From: Candidatus Ancaeobacter aquaticus
GTDB taxonomy: Bacteria; Auribacterota; Ancaeobacteria; Ancaeobacterales; Ancaeobacteraceae
Assembly (NCBI GenBank): GCA_030765405.1
Contig: JAVCCP010000071.1
Location: 8,615 to 72,614, forward strand
DNA: 64,000 nt
Reading direction: 5' to 3'
Shown: positions 19,809 through 29,402 of the stretch, piece by piece
Layout: each line of letters begins with the position of its first letter
Numbering within the stretch: position 1 is the first letter of the stretch
Translations under genes and position numbers: made by a program
The notes under the pieces: model-generated
Seen by the model: only the letters and a program-made list of their open reading frames with translations
Database searches by the model: none
Told to the model about the DNA's origin: nothing

Positions 19809-22800
19809 ATGTACTTTAAGCGAATTGAAATAGCTGGCTTTAAATCCTTTCTTGGAAAAACCGTCCTTGATTTCGAACCCGGTATCGCTGTTATTGTTGG
19901 CCCTAATGGCTGCGGTAAGAGCAATATCTCTGATGCGATCAGATGGGTTATTGGCGAGCAAAGCGCTAAGCTTCTCCGCGGCGCCCGCATGGAAGATGTT
20001 ATTTTTAACGGTGCCGACGATAAAAAACCCCTCAGTATGGCTGAAGCTTCCATTACACTTGCTGATTGTGATAAGGACCTCCCTCTCGGATATAATGAAA
20101 TAACGGTAACGCGCCGTATTTACCGTTCAGGTGAAGGTGAATACTTCATAAATAAGACCCCATGCCGATTAAAAGACATTAACGAGCTCTTCATGGGTAC
20201 CGGTGTTGGAAAACAAGCATACTCAATTATTGAGCAAGGGAAGATCGGACAAATACTTTCAACAAAACCTGAAGAACGCCGACATATTTTCGAAGAAGCC
20301 GCAGGAATCACAAAATATAAAAGCAGAAAACGTGAAGCATTACGAAAAATCGAACATACCGAAGAGAACCTTATCCGCCTTAACGACATCATTAAAGAAG
20401 TGAAACGGCAAATCAATTCCATTAATCGATATGCGAAAAAAGCTCATGAATATAAATCTGTGTACGATGAACTTAAAGAACTCGATATTCATTATAATTA
20501 TTATAAATACTTTGAGCTCAAAGCAGCTGCCGACGAAACGGCTAAACAAATAACTCTGATTAAAGAAAATGAATCGCAACATACGAGCCGTATTAGAGAG
20601 CTCGAAGAAGCATCAGACAAGGTTCGACAAGATCTCGATGTTTTAGAACAGTCGATCATGTCTTTTGAAAACGATCGCTTGTCAACTTCAGAAGCAATAA
20701 ACCAGACTGAAAGCGAAATAACGTTACATGAGGAACGCGTGCGAGACCTAAAGCTTCTTGAAGAAAATGCGCTTAAAGAAATTGAGGCACTCAAAGAAAA
20801 TCTTGGTCAGTTTGAAGCACAACAAAAAGGATCAGAAGAAGAATATACGCGTATTAAAGAATCAAATGTAGCACTCAAAACAATTATTAAAGAAAAGCAT
20901 GAGCAGATCCATGCTTATAGTACACGCATCAAAGAGAAGGAAATGGAATTAGCGAAGAATAAAGAAGAATCGTTTGAGATGCTCTCCGTTGAAACAAGAA
21001 CGCGCAATGAATTCTCAAACTTTCAAATGGAAAAAAAGAATGTATCACTTCGTAAAGAGAAACTACATGTTGAAAAAAATGAAATTATCGATCAGTGCGA
21101 ATCAATAGACGCAGAATTCACAGCACTTAAGACAACTATAGACGAAGAAGAAATTTCTACTCGTTCACTCCGAGAATCTATACATGCTTTAACACACACT
21201 CAAAACACTATTTCTGAAGACGTAAAACAGCACACCGAAAAAATTCAACACTTGAAAGAGCAATTATCCGAAAAACGTGCAGATCTAAAACTGCTTAACG
21301 AACTTAAAGAACGATTCGAAGGTTATGATACAGGAGTGCGCTCAATACTTGAAACATGTACACAGGGAACAGCAAACGGTATCATAGGCCCCATAGCAGA
21401 CTTTATCGAGATTAAGCCTGGGTACGAGCTTCCTGTGCAGCTTGCCCTTTCTCAAGACATGCAAGACATTCTGACCGATGATATAGACTCTATTAAGGAT
21501 CATATTTCGTATTTAAAAGAACATGGAAGCGGACGAGCATCATTTATTCCCTTTATCGACTTTAAATATCGCATTAACACTGAAACCAAAAAAGATACTT
21601 TCGAGCACCTTTTACACAATCCATCCGTAAAAGGATTCGTTGCAGACTTTATCCAGTGTAAAACAACCTTTAAAGACATCATTGAGTTTCTCTTTAAGGA
21701 CACTCTTGTCGTTGACACATTCGATTCTGCACTTAAACTCATTAAGCATGAGAACTTTAATTGCAATATCGTTACGCTTACCGGTGAAATGATTGACAAA
21801 AATGGTATTGTACGCGGCGGGAGCATACCGAAAGAAGAGCTCGAAATACTCAAACGTGATAATGATATCGAATCTCTCATCAAGACGATTCAAACACTTG
21901 AAAATGATATAGAAAACAACTCAGCCCTAAAAGATAAAGAAGAACTCGAACTTAAAAAGATTGTAGACGACATAACAGTCCAACGTGAAAAACTCAGAGA
22001 AAGCGAAGTGCTTCTCGGCACAAAAAAGAATGATTTTGATAAAGTCCGTTCACAAAAAGAGCGTTTACAGGATCATCACACTGTCATTGTTTCAGAAATA
22101 AAAGAACTATTCTCTGAAGACGAAAAAGTGACCCAGGAGATTGAAAAGCTCAATACCCTTTTAAACGAAAAAGAACAGGCAAACGTCACACTAAAAGTAA
22201 ACCTTTCAGATATCGAAGCAACACTTACAGAGATCAACCGGGAAAAAGATGAACTCGCCGAAGAAATGACTCGATACAAAATTGATCTGGCATCTTCTGA
22301 AGAAAAAGAATTTAACACACAGGCTGGGCTGGGTAGAATTATTGAAGACCTTGCTTCAAAAAATGCATTACTCACCAGTCGCACACAGGACTGTGCAAGC
22401 TATAACGAGAAACAGATTGAATTTACACATTCCATTGAGGCGGCAAAAAATAAACTGTCATCCTTAACGGTAAAAAAAGAAGGCATAGAAAAATATCTTG
22501 AAGAAACAAAAATAAAAAAACGTTCGTTTATTAATGAACTATCCGAAATTGAAGAAGAACAAAAAGAGCTTAGATCTCTTTTAACATCATACAGCGAAAA
22601 ACGTATGCAGCATGAGATTAAAATATCTGAAACAAAAATGCACCTCTCAGCAATGATTGAACATGTCAGAAAAGATTACCACATTGCTCTTGATGAGGTC
22701 TCTCTCTCTCTTGAAGAAAATACTGATTGGACTGCAGTCGAAGAGCGGATTGAAGAACTGAAAGCTATTCTCGAAAAAATCGGACCGGTGAACCTTGCCG

Positions 22801-23636
22801 CTATTGAGGAAAATGAAGAATTAGAAAAACGACACGCATTCATGGTCAAACAGCATGAGGATCTGGTCAAAGCAAAAGAAACATTAATGAAAGTTATCTC
22901 AAAAATCAACTCTACAACTCGTAAGCTTTTTATCGATACCTTTACCCAGGTAAGAACTAATTTTCAGGAAATGTTCGTACACCTCTTTGGCGGCGGTAAA
23001 GCAGATCTCATATTGGGAGATGAATCGGACATACTTGAGACAGGTATAGAGATCATTGCGCGGCCTCCGGGAAAGAAACTGCAAAATATTTCTCTTCTTT
23101 CCGGTGGAGAGAAAGCGCTTACTGCAGTCTCCCTGTTATTTGCAATATTCAAGGTAAAACCAAGTCCGTTTTGCGTCTTGGATGAAATTGACGCACCGCT
23201 TGATGAATCAAATATCGGCAGATTCACCGACGTCTTAAAAGACTTTGCTAAAGAATCACAATTTATCGTTATTACACATAACAAGAAAACTATTAGTTCT
23301 GCGGACATCATGTACGGAATTACTATGGAACAGATGGGTGTTTCTAAGGTTGTTTCCGTGCGGTTCTCACCAAAAAGAGATAAAGCTGAAAAAGAGGTGC
23401 AAGAAACATTACCTATCGAGGGTGTTCAAAAACCGTTAAGACACGAGCTCCGCTATGATGATGACTTGAGCTCTATTGATAAAGAATTAAATATCGAAAT
23501 AAAAGAACCACTTTCACAGACTACTGACCTCAGTCAACAGACCTCAGACGTCAGACCAGAGACTACAGACACCGTACCTCAAACATCTGACAGCATACCA
23601 CAGACTACGGACGTAAGACCAGAGACTACAGACTAA
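19809..23636 (+). CDS. smc: Chromosome segregation protein SMC, with a ~100-aa non-canonical C-terminal extension
   Basis: N-terminal Walker A (FKSFLGKTVLDFEPGIAVIVGPNGCGKSNISDAI), long coiled coils and a hinge. C-terminal signature LSGGEKALTAVSLLFAIF and Walker B FCVLDEIDAPLDE. Confidence 0.92.
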   Translation: MYFKRIEIAGFKSFLGKTVLDFEPGIAVIVGPNGCGKSNISDAIRWVIGEQSAKLLRGARMEDVIFNGADDKKPLSMAEASITLADCDKDLPLGYNEITVTRRIYRSGEGEYFINKTPCRLKDINELFMGTGVGKQAYSIIEQGKIGQILSTKPEERRHIFEEAAGITKYKSRKREALRKIEHTEENLIRLNDIIKEVKRQINSINRYAKKAHEYKSVYDELKELDIHYNYYKYFELKAAADETAKQITLIKENESQHTSRIRELEEASDKVRQDLDVLEQSIMSFENDRLSTSEAINQTESEITLHEERVRDLKLLEENALKEIEALKENLGQFEAQQKGSEEEYTRIKESNVALKTIIKEKHEQIHAYSTRIKEKEMELAKNKEESFEMLSVETRTRNEFSNFQMEKKNVSLRKEKLHVEKNEIIDQCESIDAEFTALKTTIDEEEISTRSLRESIHALTHTQNTISEDVKQHTEKIQHLKEQLSEKRADLKLLNELKERFEGYDTGVRSILETCTQGTANGIIGPIADFIEIKPGYELPVQLALSQDMQDILTDDIDSIKDHISYLKEHGSGRASFIPFIDFKYRINTETKKDTFEHLLHNPSVKGFVADFIQCKTTFKDIIEFLFKDTLVVDTFDSALKLIKHENFNCNIVTLTGEMIDKNGIVRGGSIPKEELEILKRDNDIESLIKTIQTLENDIENNSALKDKEELELKKIVDDITVQREKLRESEVLLGTKKNDFDKVRSQKERLQDHHTVIVSEIKELFSEDEKVTQEIEKLNTLLNEKEQANVTLKVNLSDIEATLTEINREKDELAEEMTRYKIDLASSEEKEFNTQAGLGRIIEDLASKNALLTSRTQDCASYNEKQIEFTHSIEAAKNKLSSLTVKKEGIEKYLEETKIKKRSFINELSEIEEEQKELRSLLTSYSEKRMQHEIKISETKMHLSAMIEHVRKDYHIALDEVSLSLEENTDWTAVEERIEELKAILEKIGPVNLAAIEENEELEKRHAFMVKQHEDLVKAKETLMKVISKINSTTRKLFIDTFTQVRTNFQEMFVHLFGGGKADLILGDESDILETGIEIIARPPGKKLQNISLLSGGEKALTAVSLLFAIFKVKPSPFCVLDEIDAPLDESNIGRFTDVLKDFAKESQFIVITHNKKTISSADIMYGITMEQMGVSKVVSVRFSPKRDKAEKEVQETLPIEGVQKPLRHELRYDDDLSSIDKELNIEIKEPLSQTTDLSQQTSDVRPETTDTVPQTSDSIPQTTDVRPETTD
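23515..23633 (+). repeat. Heptanucleotide tandem array, NNNAGAC (CAGAC) family, 17 in-phase units
   Basis: The units read cacagac tactgac ctcagtc aacagac ctcagac gtcagac cagagac tacagac accgtac ctcaaac atctgac agcatac cacagac tacggac gtaagac cagagac tacagac. The array lies inside the 3' end of the smc ORF. Confidence 0.9.
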
Positions 23637-23668
23637 ATCGTTGTTCATATCTCGTGATTCGTGAATCG
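23634..23668 (+). repeat. Heptamer units of the ...TCG / CGTGAWT family, continuing in the same phase
   Basis: Units read taaatcg ttgttca tatctcg tgattcg tgaatcg. The first unit contains the smc stop codon. Confidence 0.7.
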
Positions 23669-23734
23669 TACCAAAGAAATCAATAAGTGAATTTCTCTAG
23701 GTGTACTCCCAATGGGGCCTCCAATTAAAAATAA

Positions 23735-23755
23735 TACGCTATCCGCTAAACGCTA
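23735..23755 (+). repeat. Heptamer array, NNCGCTA family (3 units)
   Basis: tacgcta tccgcta aacgcta. Confidence 0.75.
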
Positions 23756-23770
23756 TATTTAGTATATTAT

Positions 23771-23805
23771 CTTATAGCATATAACTTACAGCTTACGGCT
23801 AAACT
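23771..23805 (-). repeat. Heptamer array, GCTNTAA family in reverse orientation (CTTAYAG, 5 units)
   Basis: Units read cttatag catataa cttacag cttacgg ctaaact. The array overlaps the stop codon and last codons of the radical SAM gene. Confidence 0.75.
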
Positions 23806-24706
23806 TTATTCCCTGGTAGGTATTTCTTCTTTCGAATTCCTTATCAATCTTATGTAACACCGGGGCTTTTTCCGTTGTCCACAGTGGTGCAATAAGTTTT
23901 CCGCTCGGCCCATCCCCCATCACCCGCTGAACAATTATACAAGGATCTAAATGTTCCAAAAAATCACATACTAAACTTACATACTCATCCACCTCAAAAA
24001 GGGGTGTTCCACCCTTTTTATATTTTTCTTCCAACACTGTGCCCTTAACAATGTGTAAATGATGAAGCTTCACTCCTTCTAAACCTAACTCTGATATCTT
24101 TTTTGCCGCAGATATATAATCTTCATGCGTATCTCCCGGCAACCCGAGAATAATATGCGCACATATATTGATACCTTTTCTCTTTTTAATGCGATTAATG
24201 GCATCGTATATTTCATCAGTACCGTGTCCCCTATTAATTGCACGAAGCGCCTTATCATTAAATGATTGGATGCCGAGCTCGATCCATACTTCGTACTGCG
24301 CAGTATACCCCTCAATTACATCTAACACAGGTTCGCTCACACAATCTGGTCTGGTACCGATCGCTATTCCTACAACACCCTCATGTTCATTAACTGTGCC
24401 ATAAACCTCGTTTAATTTATCAGGATCGGCATAGGTATTTGAAAATGCCTGAAAATAAGCAATAAACTTCTCTACCCCATACCTCCTACTGAGAAACTCT
24501 ATTCCCTTCTCTATCTGCTCTGATACACTGCTATTTTCAGAGCAATATGGAGCGCGATTACCGCCTTCGTCACAGTAGATACACCCACCTGTTGATACGG
24601 TGCCATCCCTGTTTGGACAGGTGAAACCGGCATCAATGGATATTTTATATACTTTTTGACCATACTTTTTTTTAAGATAAGTGCTGAACTTTGTGTAGCA
24701 TTCCAT
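23786..24706 (-). CDS. Radical SAM protein, TIGR01212 (YhcC-like) family
   Basis: The N-terminus KISIDAGFTCPNRDGTVSTGGCIYCDE is the characteristic TIGR01212 cluster motif. Length is 306 aa. Confidence 0.85.
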   Translation of the reverse strand: MECYTKFSTYLKKKYGQKVYKISIDAGFTCPNRDGTVSTGGCIYCDEGGNRAPYCSENSSVSEQIEKGIEFLSRRYGVEKFIAYFQAFSNTYADPDKLNEVYGTVNEHEGVVGIAIGTRPDCVSEPVLDVIEGYTAQYEVWIELGIQSFNDKALRAINRGHGTDEIYDAINRIKKRKGINICAHIILGLPGDTHEDYISAAKKISELGLEGVKLHHLHIVKGTVLEEKYKKGGTPLFEVDEYVSLVCDFLEHLDPCIIVQRVMGDGPSGKLIAPLWTTEKAPVLHKIDKEFERRNTYQGIKFSRKL

Positions 24707-24740
24707 ATTAATTTAGACCCCAACTACATATTATTATTCA

Positions 24741-24775
24741 GCTGTAAGCTTTAAGCTGTAAGCTATATGTTTTAA
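24741..24775 (+). repeat. Heptamer array, GCTNTAA family (5 units)
   Basis: gctgtaa gctttaa gctgtaa gctatat gttttaa. Confidence 0.8.
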
Positions 24776-24914
24776 GCTCCAATAATCAAATAGCAATTAC
24801 CAAACAAATTTCAATACACAATGACTAAAATACCAAACCATATGTTTGATTATTGGTAATTATTTGCCCCGAGAAATTTGAAAAATTCCCGGGATTTAGT
24901 CCCTTGGGGAGAAA

Positions 24915-24935
24915 TTGGTATTTGGTTATTGGTAT
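24915..24935 (+). repeat. Heptamer array, TTGGTAT family (3 units)
   Basis: Units read ttggtat ttggtta ttggtat. The complementary ATACCAA-type words lie at 24796-24803 and 24830-24837. Confidence 0.7.
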
Positions 24936-24939
24936 TTAA

Positions 24940-24974
24940 ACGAGATACGATTCACTAATAACGAACCACGAAAA
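24940..24974 (+). repeat. Heptamer array, ACGANNN family (5 units)
   Basis: acgagat acgattc actaata acgaacc acgaaaa. Confidence 0.65.
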
Positions 24975-25007
24975 AAAGCCCCGGGATTGTATTCCCAGGG
25001 CTTTTTT
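24971..25007 (-). terminator. Bidirectional intrinsic terminator downstream of the FecR-domain gene
   Basis: Stem gccccggg (24978-24985) / cccagggc (24994-25001) with one mismatch and an 8-nt loop. It is flanked by A7 (24971-24977, read as U7 on the minus strand) and T6 (25002-25007). Confidence 0.7.
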
Positions 25008-25029
25008 GTTTTTCTATTAATCAAATCAA

Positions 25030-26022
25030 TTATGGATTTGATGGACTATCTTCTAATATTTCCTGAATCTGTTTTTTATTTAGAAAATTTAAACTGTTGT
25101 TTGTTTGACTAGGATCTGGTTGATTTGCATCTCCTCCACCAGTCTTTTTCTGTGCGTTCTGCGCAGCTTGCGCTGCTGCATTACGAACCGGTGGTAACTG
25201 TGATGGAAGCGCAGCTTTCATGCTCCCAGAATCGTCAATTGTTACGGTCATTCCCGCTTCAAATGTATGTGTCTCACTATATCTGCCTGAAGAAGTAACA
25301 ACAACACTACCTTTTGTTACCGCAATAGTCGAACCAGTTGCATCTGTTTCTACCGCATTTGTCGGATTAATAGCAATTGTTGTACCATTTGCCATTACTA
25401 CATCTACATCACCTGACAAACCCTCAATGCTAACGTTACCATTTGCATCAACACTTACCTGTATTGAATCACCGTCACCAAGACTGACGTTCGGACGACT
25501 ATCACCAGCACCAAGCTCTACGAGAACTAAACCTTCTTCAGTTAAAATCTGTACCGTACCATCAGCAAGAACTGACAATGATACTGTTGTTCCCTTTACC
25601 GCTGCAACTGCACTTGGGGTAACAAACTCTGTCTTTGTTGATGTTCCCGGAGTAATCTTTGCCCACATGTCACCAACAAAAAGTTTAATTCTTCTCGTTA
25701 CCTGTCCCGAAGATTCATCTTTAAGATCTGTTATTGTTGTCACACTATGATCTTTTATCTTTAATATCGATCCATCAGGATATACTATATCTGCTGTACC
25801 GTTTTCAGTCTTAATGCTATCTCCGCTACCCAACTTAACATCACTTCTCTTTATTTCAACCCACTTATCTGAATCTACGGTTTTCACCAACACTTTACCA
25901 TCATACGATGATATTACAGCTGATGCATCATCTGCATATAAACTTCCCGCTGTTACAAATCCTATTGCCACAAAAACAGCCACTGCAGAAACACAGAGTT
26001 TCTTATAAAAAGACATGCCCAC
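25030..26022 (-). CDS. Secreted FecR-domain protein
   Basis: Signal peptide, then a FecR-like pattern: YDGKVLVKTVDSDKWVEIKRSDVKLGSGDSIKTENGTADIVYPDGSILKIKDHS...VKGTTVSL. Confidence 0.7.
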   Translation of the reverse strand: MGMSFYKKLCVSAVAVFVAIGFVTAGSLYADDASAVISSYDGKVLVKTVDSDKWVEIKRSDVKLGSGDSIKTENGTADIVYPDGSILKIKDHSVTTITDLKDESSGQVTRRIKLFVGDMWAKITPGTSTKTEFVTPSAVAAVKGTTVSLSVLADGTVQILTEEGLVLVELGAGDSRPNVSLGDGDSIQVSVDANGNVSIEGLSGDVDVVMANGTTIAINPTNAVETDATGSTIAVTKGSVVVTSSGRYSETHTFEAGMTVTIDDSGSMKAALPSQLPPVRNAAAQAAQNAQKKTGGGDANQPDPSQTNNSLNFLNKKQIQEILEDSPSNP

Positions 26023-26216
26023 CTCCCGTTTGGTTTTCTATATTTATTTTCTAGAAGAATTGTAGGATAAATACAATTATACGTCAACAAAAATCTAACA
26101 ATATTATCATCTTTTATCATTTCTTTTTTTATTTGATATTTTTGCCATATTATATTAAAATATTAATTGTAAATATACATTGAGAATATTACTTAAAAAA
26201 TACAAAAGGGATATAT

Positions 26217-29200
26217 ATGAACCTTGCAGAATTTGCTGTAAAAAAGCCCGTGTCTACCATGATGGCGTATCTTGGCCTATTCCTTCTCGGACTCCTTACT
26301 TACACTATGATTCCTCAAGATCTTTATCCGCCGATCACGTTTCCACAGCTTACTGTTGTTACAAACTACCCGAATGCTGCCCCCGAAGAAGTGGAAAACT
26401 TGGTCACTAAAGTTATTGAAGAAGCGGTCAGTACCGTTAAGGGCGTAAAAAATATTCGCTCGGTTTCACGTGAAGGCACCTCTATGGTTCTTGTTGAGTT
26501 CACCTGGGGGACAAAACTGGATTTTGCTTCACTTGCCATGCGTGAGAAGATCGATTTAGTTAAGTCGCGTCTTCCCCGTGATGCCAACGAACCGATTGTA
26601 CTTAAATTTAATCCGTTTGCGCGCCCAATGATGGTATTGAGCGTTACCGGAAATTATTCACCCGAAGACCTCCTGAAAGTATCGGAAAAAATACTCAAGG
26701 ACAAGCTCGAAAAAGTAAAAGGCGTCGCTTCAGCAGGCTTAAGTGGTGGTCGGGAACGGCAAATATTCGTTGAAATCAATCAGGCGCAGTTAAAAGCGAG
26801 TCGCGCCGATATTCTCTCAATTGTCCAGTCACTAAAGGATTCAAATCTTAACTATCCCGGCGGATCAACAAAAGAAAAGTTTTATGAATATCTTATCCGG
26901 ACAATGGGAGAATTCGAACATGTCTCTGATATTGGTAAAACAGTGATTACGCTTGAAGATGCGAAGGATCAAAGAAGACGAGACCAAGAAAGAAGTACCG
27001 GCGGCTGGGACCAACTTCAAATTAAAAGCGATAAAGACCGCAGAGGATTCCAGAAAAGAATTATCACACTAAATGACGTGTCAGTCATAGTGGATGACTT
27101 CAAAGAAATTGAAAGTTATTCCCGCTATAACGGTAAAAATAATATTTCTATTGCAATACAAAAACAAACCGCAGCAAACACCATAAAAACCGCAGAAAAG
27201 GTACGTAAAGAGCTCAAAAAACTCCTTCCCATGCTTCCTAAAGGAGTGGATGTAGACATTGTTTATGACCAGTCGATCTTTATTAAAAATTCTATAAGGG
27301 GTCTTTTTGATAATGCGTGGCAAGGCGGGTTGCTTGCCTTTATCATCTTATTTCTGTTTTTGAGGAGTTTTGTAAATTCGCTCATTGTTATCTTTATTAT
27401 CCCAACTTCAATCCTGGCAACTTTTTCGCTGATGCATTTTACCGGGGTCTCGATCAATATGATGAGCTTGGCAGGGCTAGCAATGGGTGTCGGTATGATT
27501 ATTGATAGCGGTATCGTTTTAATCGAAAATGTGTCTATCAAGAGGGAAGAAGGAATGGGACAAAAAGAAGCAGCAATTTCAGGAACATCGGAACTGGCTA
27601 AACTCGTTATTAGTTCGATACTCTCAAATGCTGCCGTGTTCTTCCCTATGATCTTCGTTATCGGTATCGCCGGTCAGCTGTTCAAACAATTATCAATGGT
27701 CGTTGTATTTATCCTGCTTGTATCGGTACCAATCGCTATAACTATTGTTCCCCGGCTGTATAGCATGGGAAACAGACCATTTGTAAAAAAACCAGAGTTT
27801 GGCATCATTCTTATTGCAAGAAAACTTTACGATAAAGCACTCAACATCTTTCTCAACTTTCCTATTACAAGTCTTCTTGCAATTTTTGTTCTTTTTATGT
27901 CCAGTCTCTTCCTTATGTCAAAACTTGATTTTACCGCTATGCCAAAAGTCGATGAAGGTAAATTCTCCATTAAAGTTGATATGAGGACCGGCACAGTTCT
28001 CGCTGTAACAAATGCGGCTGTTGAAAAAGTCGAAAAGATATTACTTGAAGCCCCTGAGATCAAAGATGTCACTGTGAGGGTAGGATCAACAAAATCGACA
28101 AAAGCCGGGGCATCCCTTGAAACACTCGGCAGCAATCAGGGTCAGATCATGCTAAACATGAAAGAAGGTCTAAAAATATCGACAAATGATTTTGTGCAAC
28201 AGATCAGAGAAAAGATCGACAAACTGCACTTGAAAGAAGCGACCATAAACTATATCGTGCAAGACAGTGAAATAGGCTCTGCATTTGCCGGTGGGGCAGA
28301 TATCGTTATTGATGTCAAAGGACCAAGACTTGATACCCTTGAAAAATTCACTAGAGAAATAAAAGCAGCACTTAAAAAAATACCGGGACTTACCAATATT
28401 AAAGACACCGTTCCAAAATCCGCACCTGAGACAAAAATATTGGTAAGAAAAGATAAAGCCGCTTCATACGGGCTTTCTGTTAAAGCAGTTGCAGAAACCG
28501 CACTCTATGCCGTCAAGGGTGTTGTCCCCACAAGGCTCAAAGAAGGAGGACGCGAAATCGACATCATGGTACGTATGAGAGAAGAAGACAGAAAAAATAT
28601 CGATACATTGAAAAAATCTATTTATATTAAGACACAGCAAGGATTTGATGCCCCATTAAATGATGTGTGTACCCTCAAAAGCGGCATGGGACCCAGCGAA
28701 GTCATCCGACTCAATCAGAGACGAACCATAAATGTTCTCGCGAATATCTATGGAAGAAAACGTGTTGAAGTTGAACAAGAAGTTGAAAAAGCACTGAAGA
28801 GCATTATTATGACTAAAGCAGAAAAAGAAAACTACACCATTGATATTGGCGGTGATAGAGAAGCAACTCAAAAATCGATACAGAGTCTTGTATTTGCACT
28901 CATATTATCAGTACTCTTGATCTACATGATCATGGCAAGCCAATTTGAATCGCTCTGGCAACCGTTTATTATCATGTTCTCAATTCCCCTATCGATCATC
29001 GGTGTTGCAGTAGCGCTATATGTGACAAATACCCCATTATCCGGCGTGGCTTTTTTCGGTATCATTATACTTGGTGGTATTGTGGTCAATAACGGCATCA
29101 TTTTGATAGAGAATTTCAACATGCTTAGAGAAGAAGGTGAAACACTCCGTGAGGCACTTGTTGAATCAGGCAGAAAGAGATTTCGCCCGATTATCATGAC

Positions 29201-29387
29201 CGCTTTGACGACACTTGTTGCGCTTATCCCGCTTGCGCTTGGACTTGGTGACGGTGGCGAATTAAGAGCCCCAATGGCTCGCGCTATTATTGGTGGCGTA
29301 TTTGCCTCAACTCCGCTTACGCTCTTAGTTATACCAACAATAATATTAGTAACCGAGAGATTATTTACGAAATTAAAGAAAAAATAA
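26217..29387 (+). CDS. RND efflux permease (AcrB/HAE-type), first of a tandem pair
   Basis: 1056 aa with RND topology. Motifs are LAGLAMGVGMIIDSGIVLIENV and GRKRFRPIIMTALTTLVALIPLA. Confidence 0.9.
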   Translation: MNLAEFAVKKPVSTMMAYLGLFLLGLLTYTMIPQDLYPPITFPQLTVVTNYPNAAPEEVENLVTKVIEEAVSTVKGVKNIRSVSREGTSMVLVEFTWGTKLDFASLAMREKIDLVKSRLPRDANEPIVLKFNPFARPMMVLSVTGNYSPEDLLKVSEKILKDKLEKVKGVASAGLSGGRERQIFVEINQAQLKASRADILSIVQSLKDSNLNYPGGSTKEKFYEYLIRTMGEFEHVSDIGKTVITLEDAKDQRRRDQERSTGGWDQLQIKSDKDRRGFQKRIITLNDVSVIVDDFKEIESYSRYNGKNNISIAIQKQTAANTIKTAEKVRKELKKLLPMLPKGVDVDIVYDQSIFIKNSIRGLFDNAWQGGLLAFIILFLFLRSFVNSLIVIFIIPTSILATFSLMHFTGVSINMMSLAGLAMGVGMIIDSGIVLIENVSIKREEGMGQKEAAISGTSELAKLVISSILSNAAVFFPMIFVIGIAGQLFKQLSMVVVFILLVSVPIAITIVPRLYSMGNRPFVKKPEFGIILIARKLYDKALNIFLNFPITSLLAIFVLFMSSLFLMSKLDFTAMPKVDEGKFSIKVDMRTGTVLAVTNAAVEKVEKILLEAPEIKDVTVRVGSTKSTKAGASLETLGSNQGQIMLNMKEGLKISTNDFVQQIREKIDKLHLKEATINYIVQDSEIGSAFAGGADIVIDVKGPRLDTLEKFTREIKAALKKIPGLTNIKDTVPKSAPETKILVRKDKAASYGLSVKAVAETALYAVKGVVPTRLKEGGREIDIMVRMREEDRKNIDTLKKSIYIKTQQGFDAPLNDVCTLKSGMGPSEVIRLNQRRTINVLANIYGRKRVEVEQEVEKALKSIIMTKAEKENYTIDIGGDREATQKSIQSLVFALILSVLLIYMIMASQFESLWQPFIIMFSIPLSIIGVAVALYVTNTPLSGVAFFGIIILGGIVVNNGIILIENFNMLREEGETLREALVESGRKRFRPIIMTALTTLVALIPLALGLGDGGELRAPMARAIIGGVFASTPLTLLVIPTIILVTERLFTKLKKK

Positions 29388-29402
29388 AGTGTGATTCTTT
29401 TT

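Noticed and set aside
23515-23668. Could the tandem repeats be a CRISPR array or a minisatellite-encoded protein domain?
   Set aside because: The period is 7 nt with no spacers and no cas genes, so it is not CRISPR. The periodicity is set at the nucleotide level, and the same families occur in non-coding DNA in both orientations, so it is not primarily a protein repeat.
26180-26410. 76-aa ORF overlapping the start of the first tandem RND gene
   Set aside because: It is out of frame with the RND permease and is Cys/Arg-rich. The permease has the canonical N-terminus (MNLAEFAVKKPV...).
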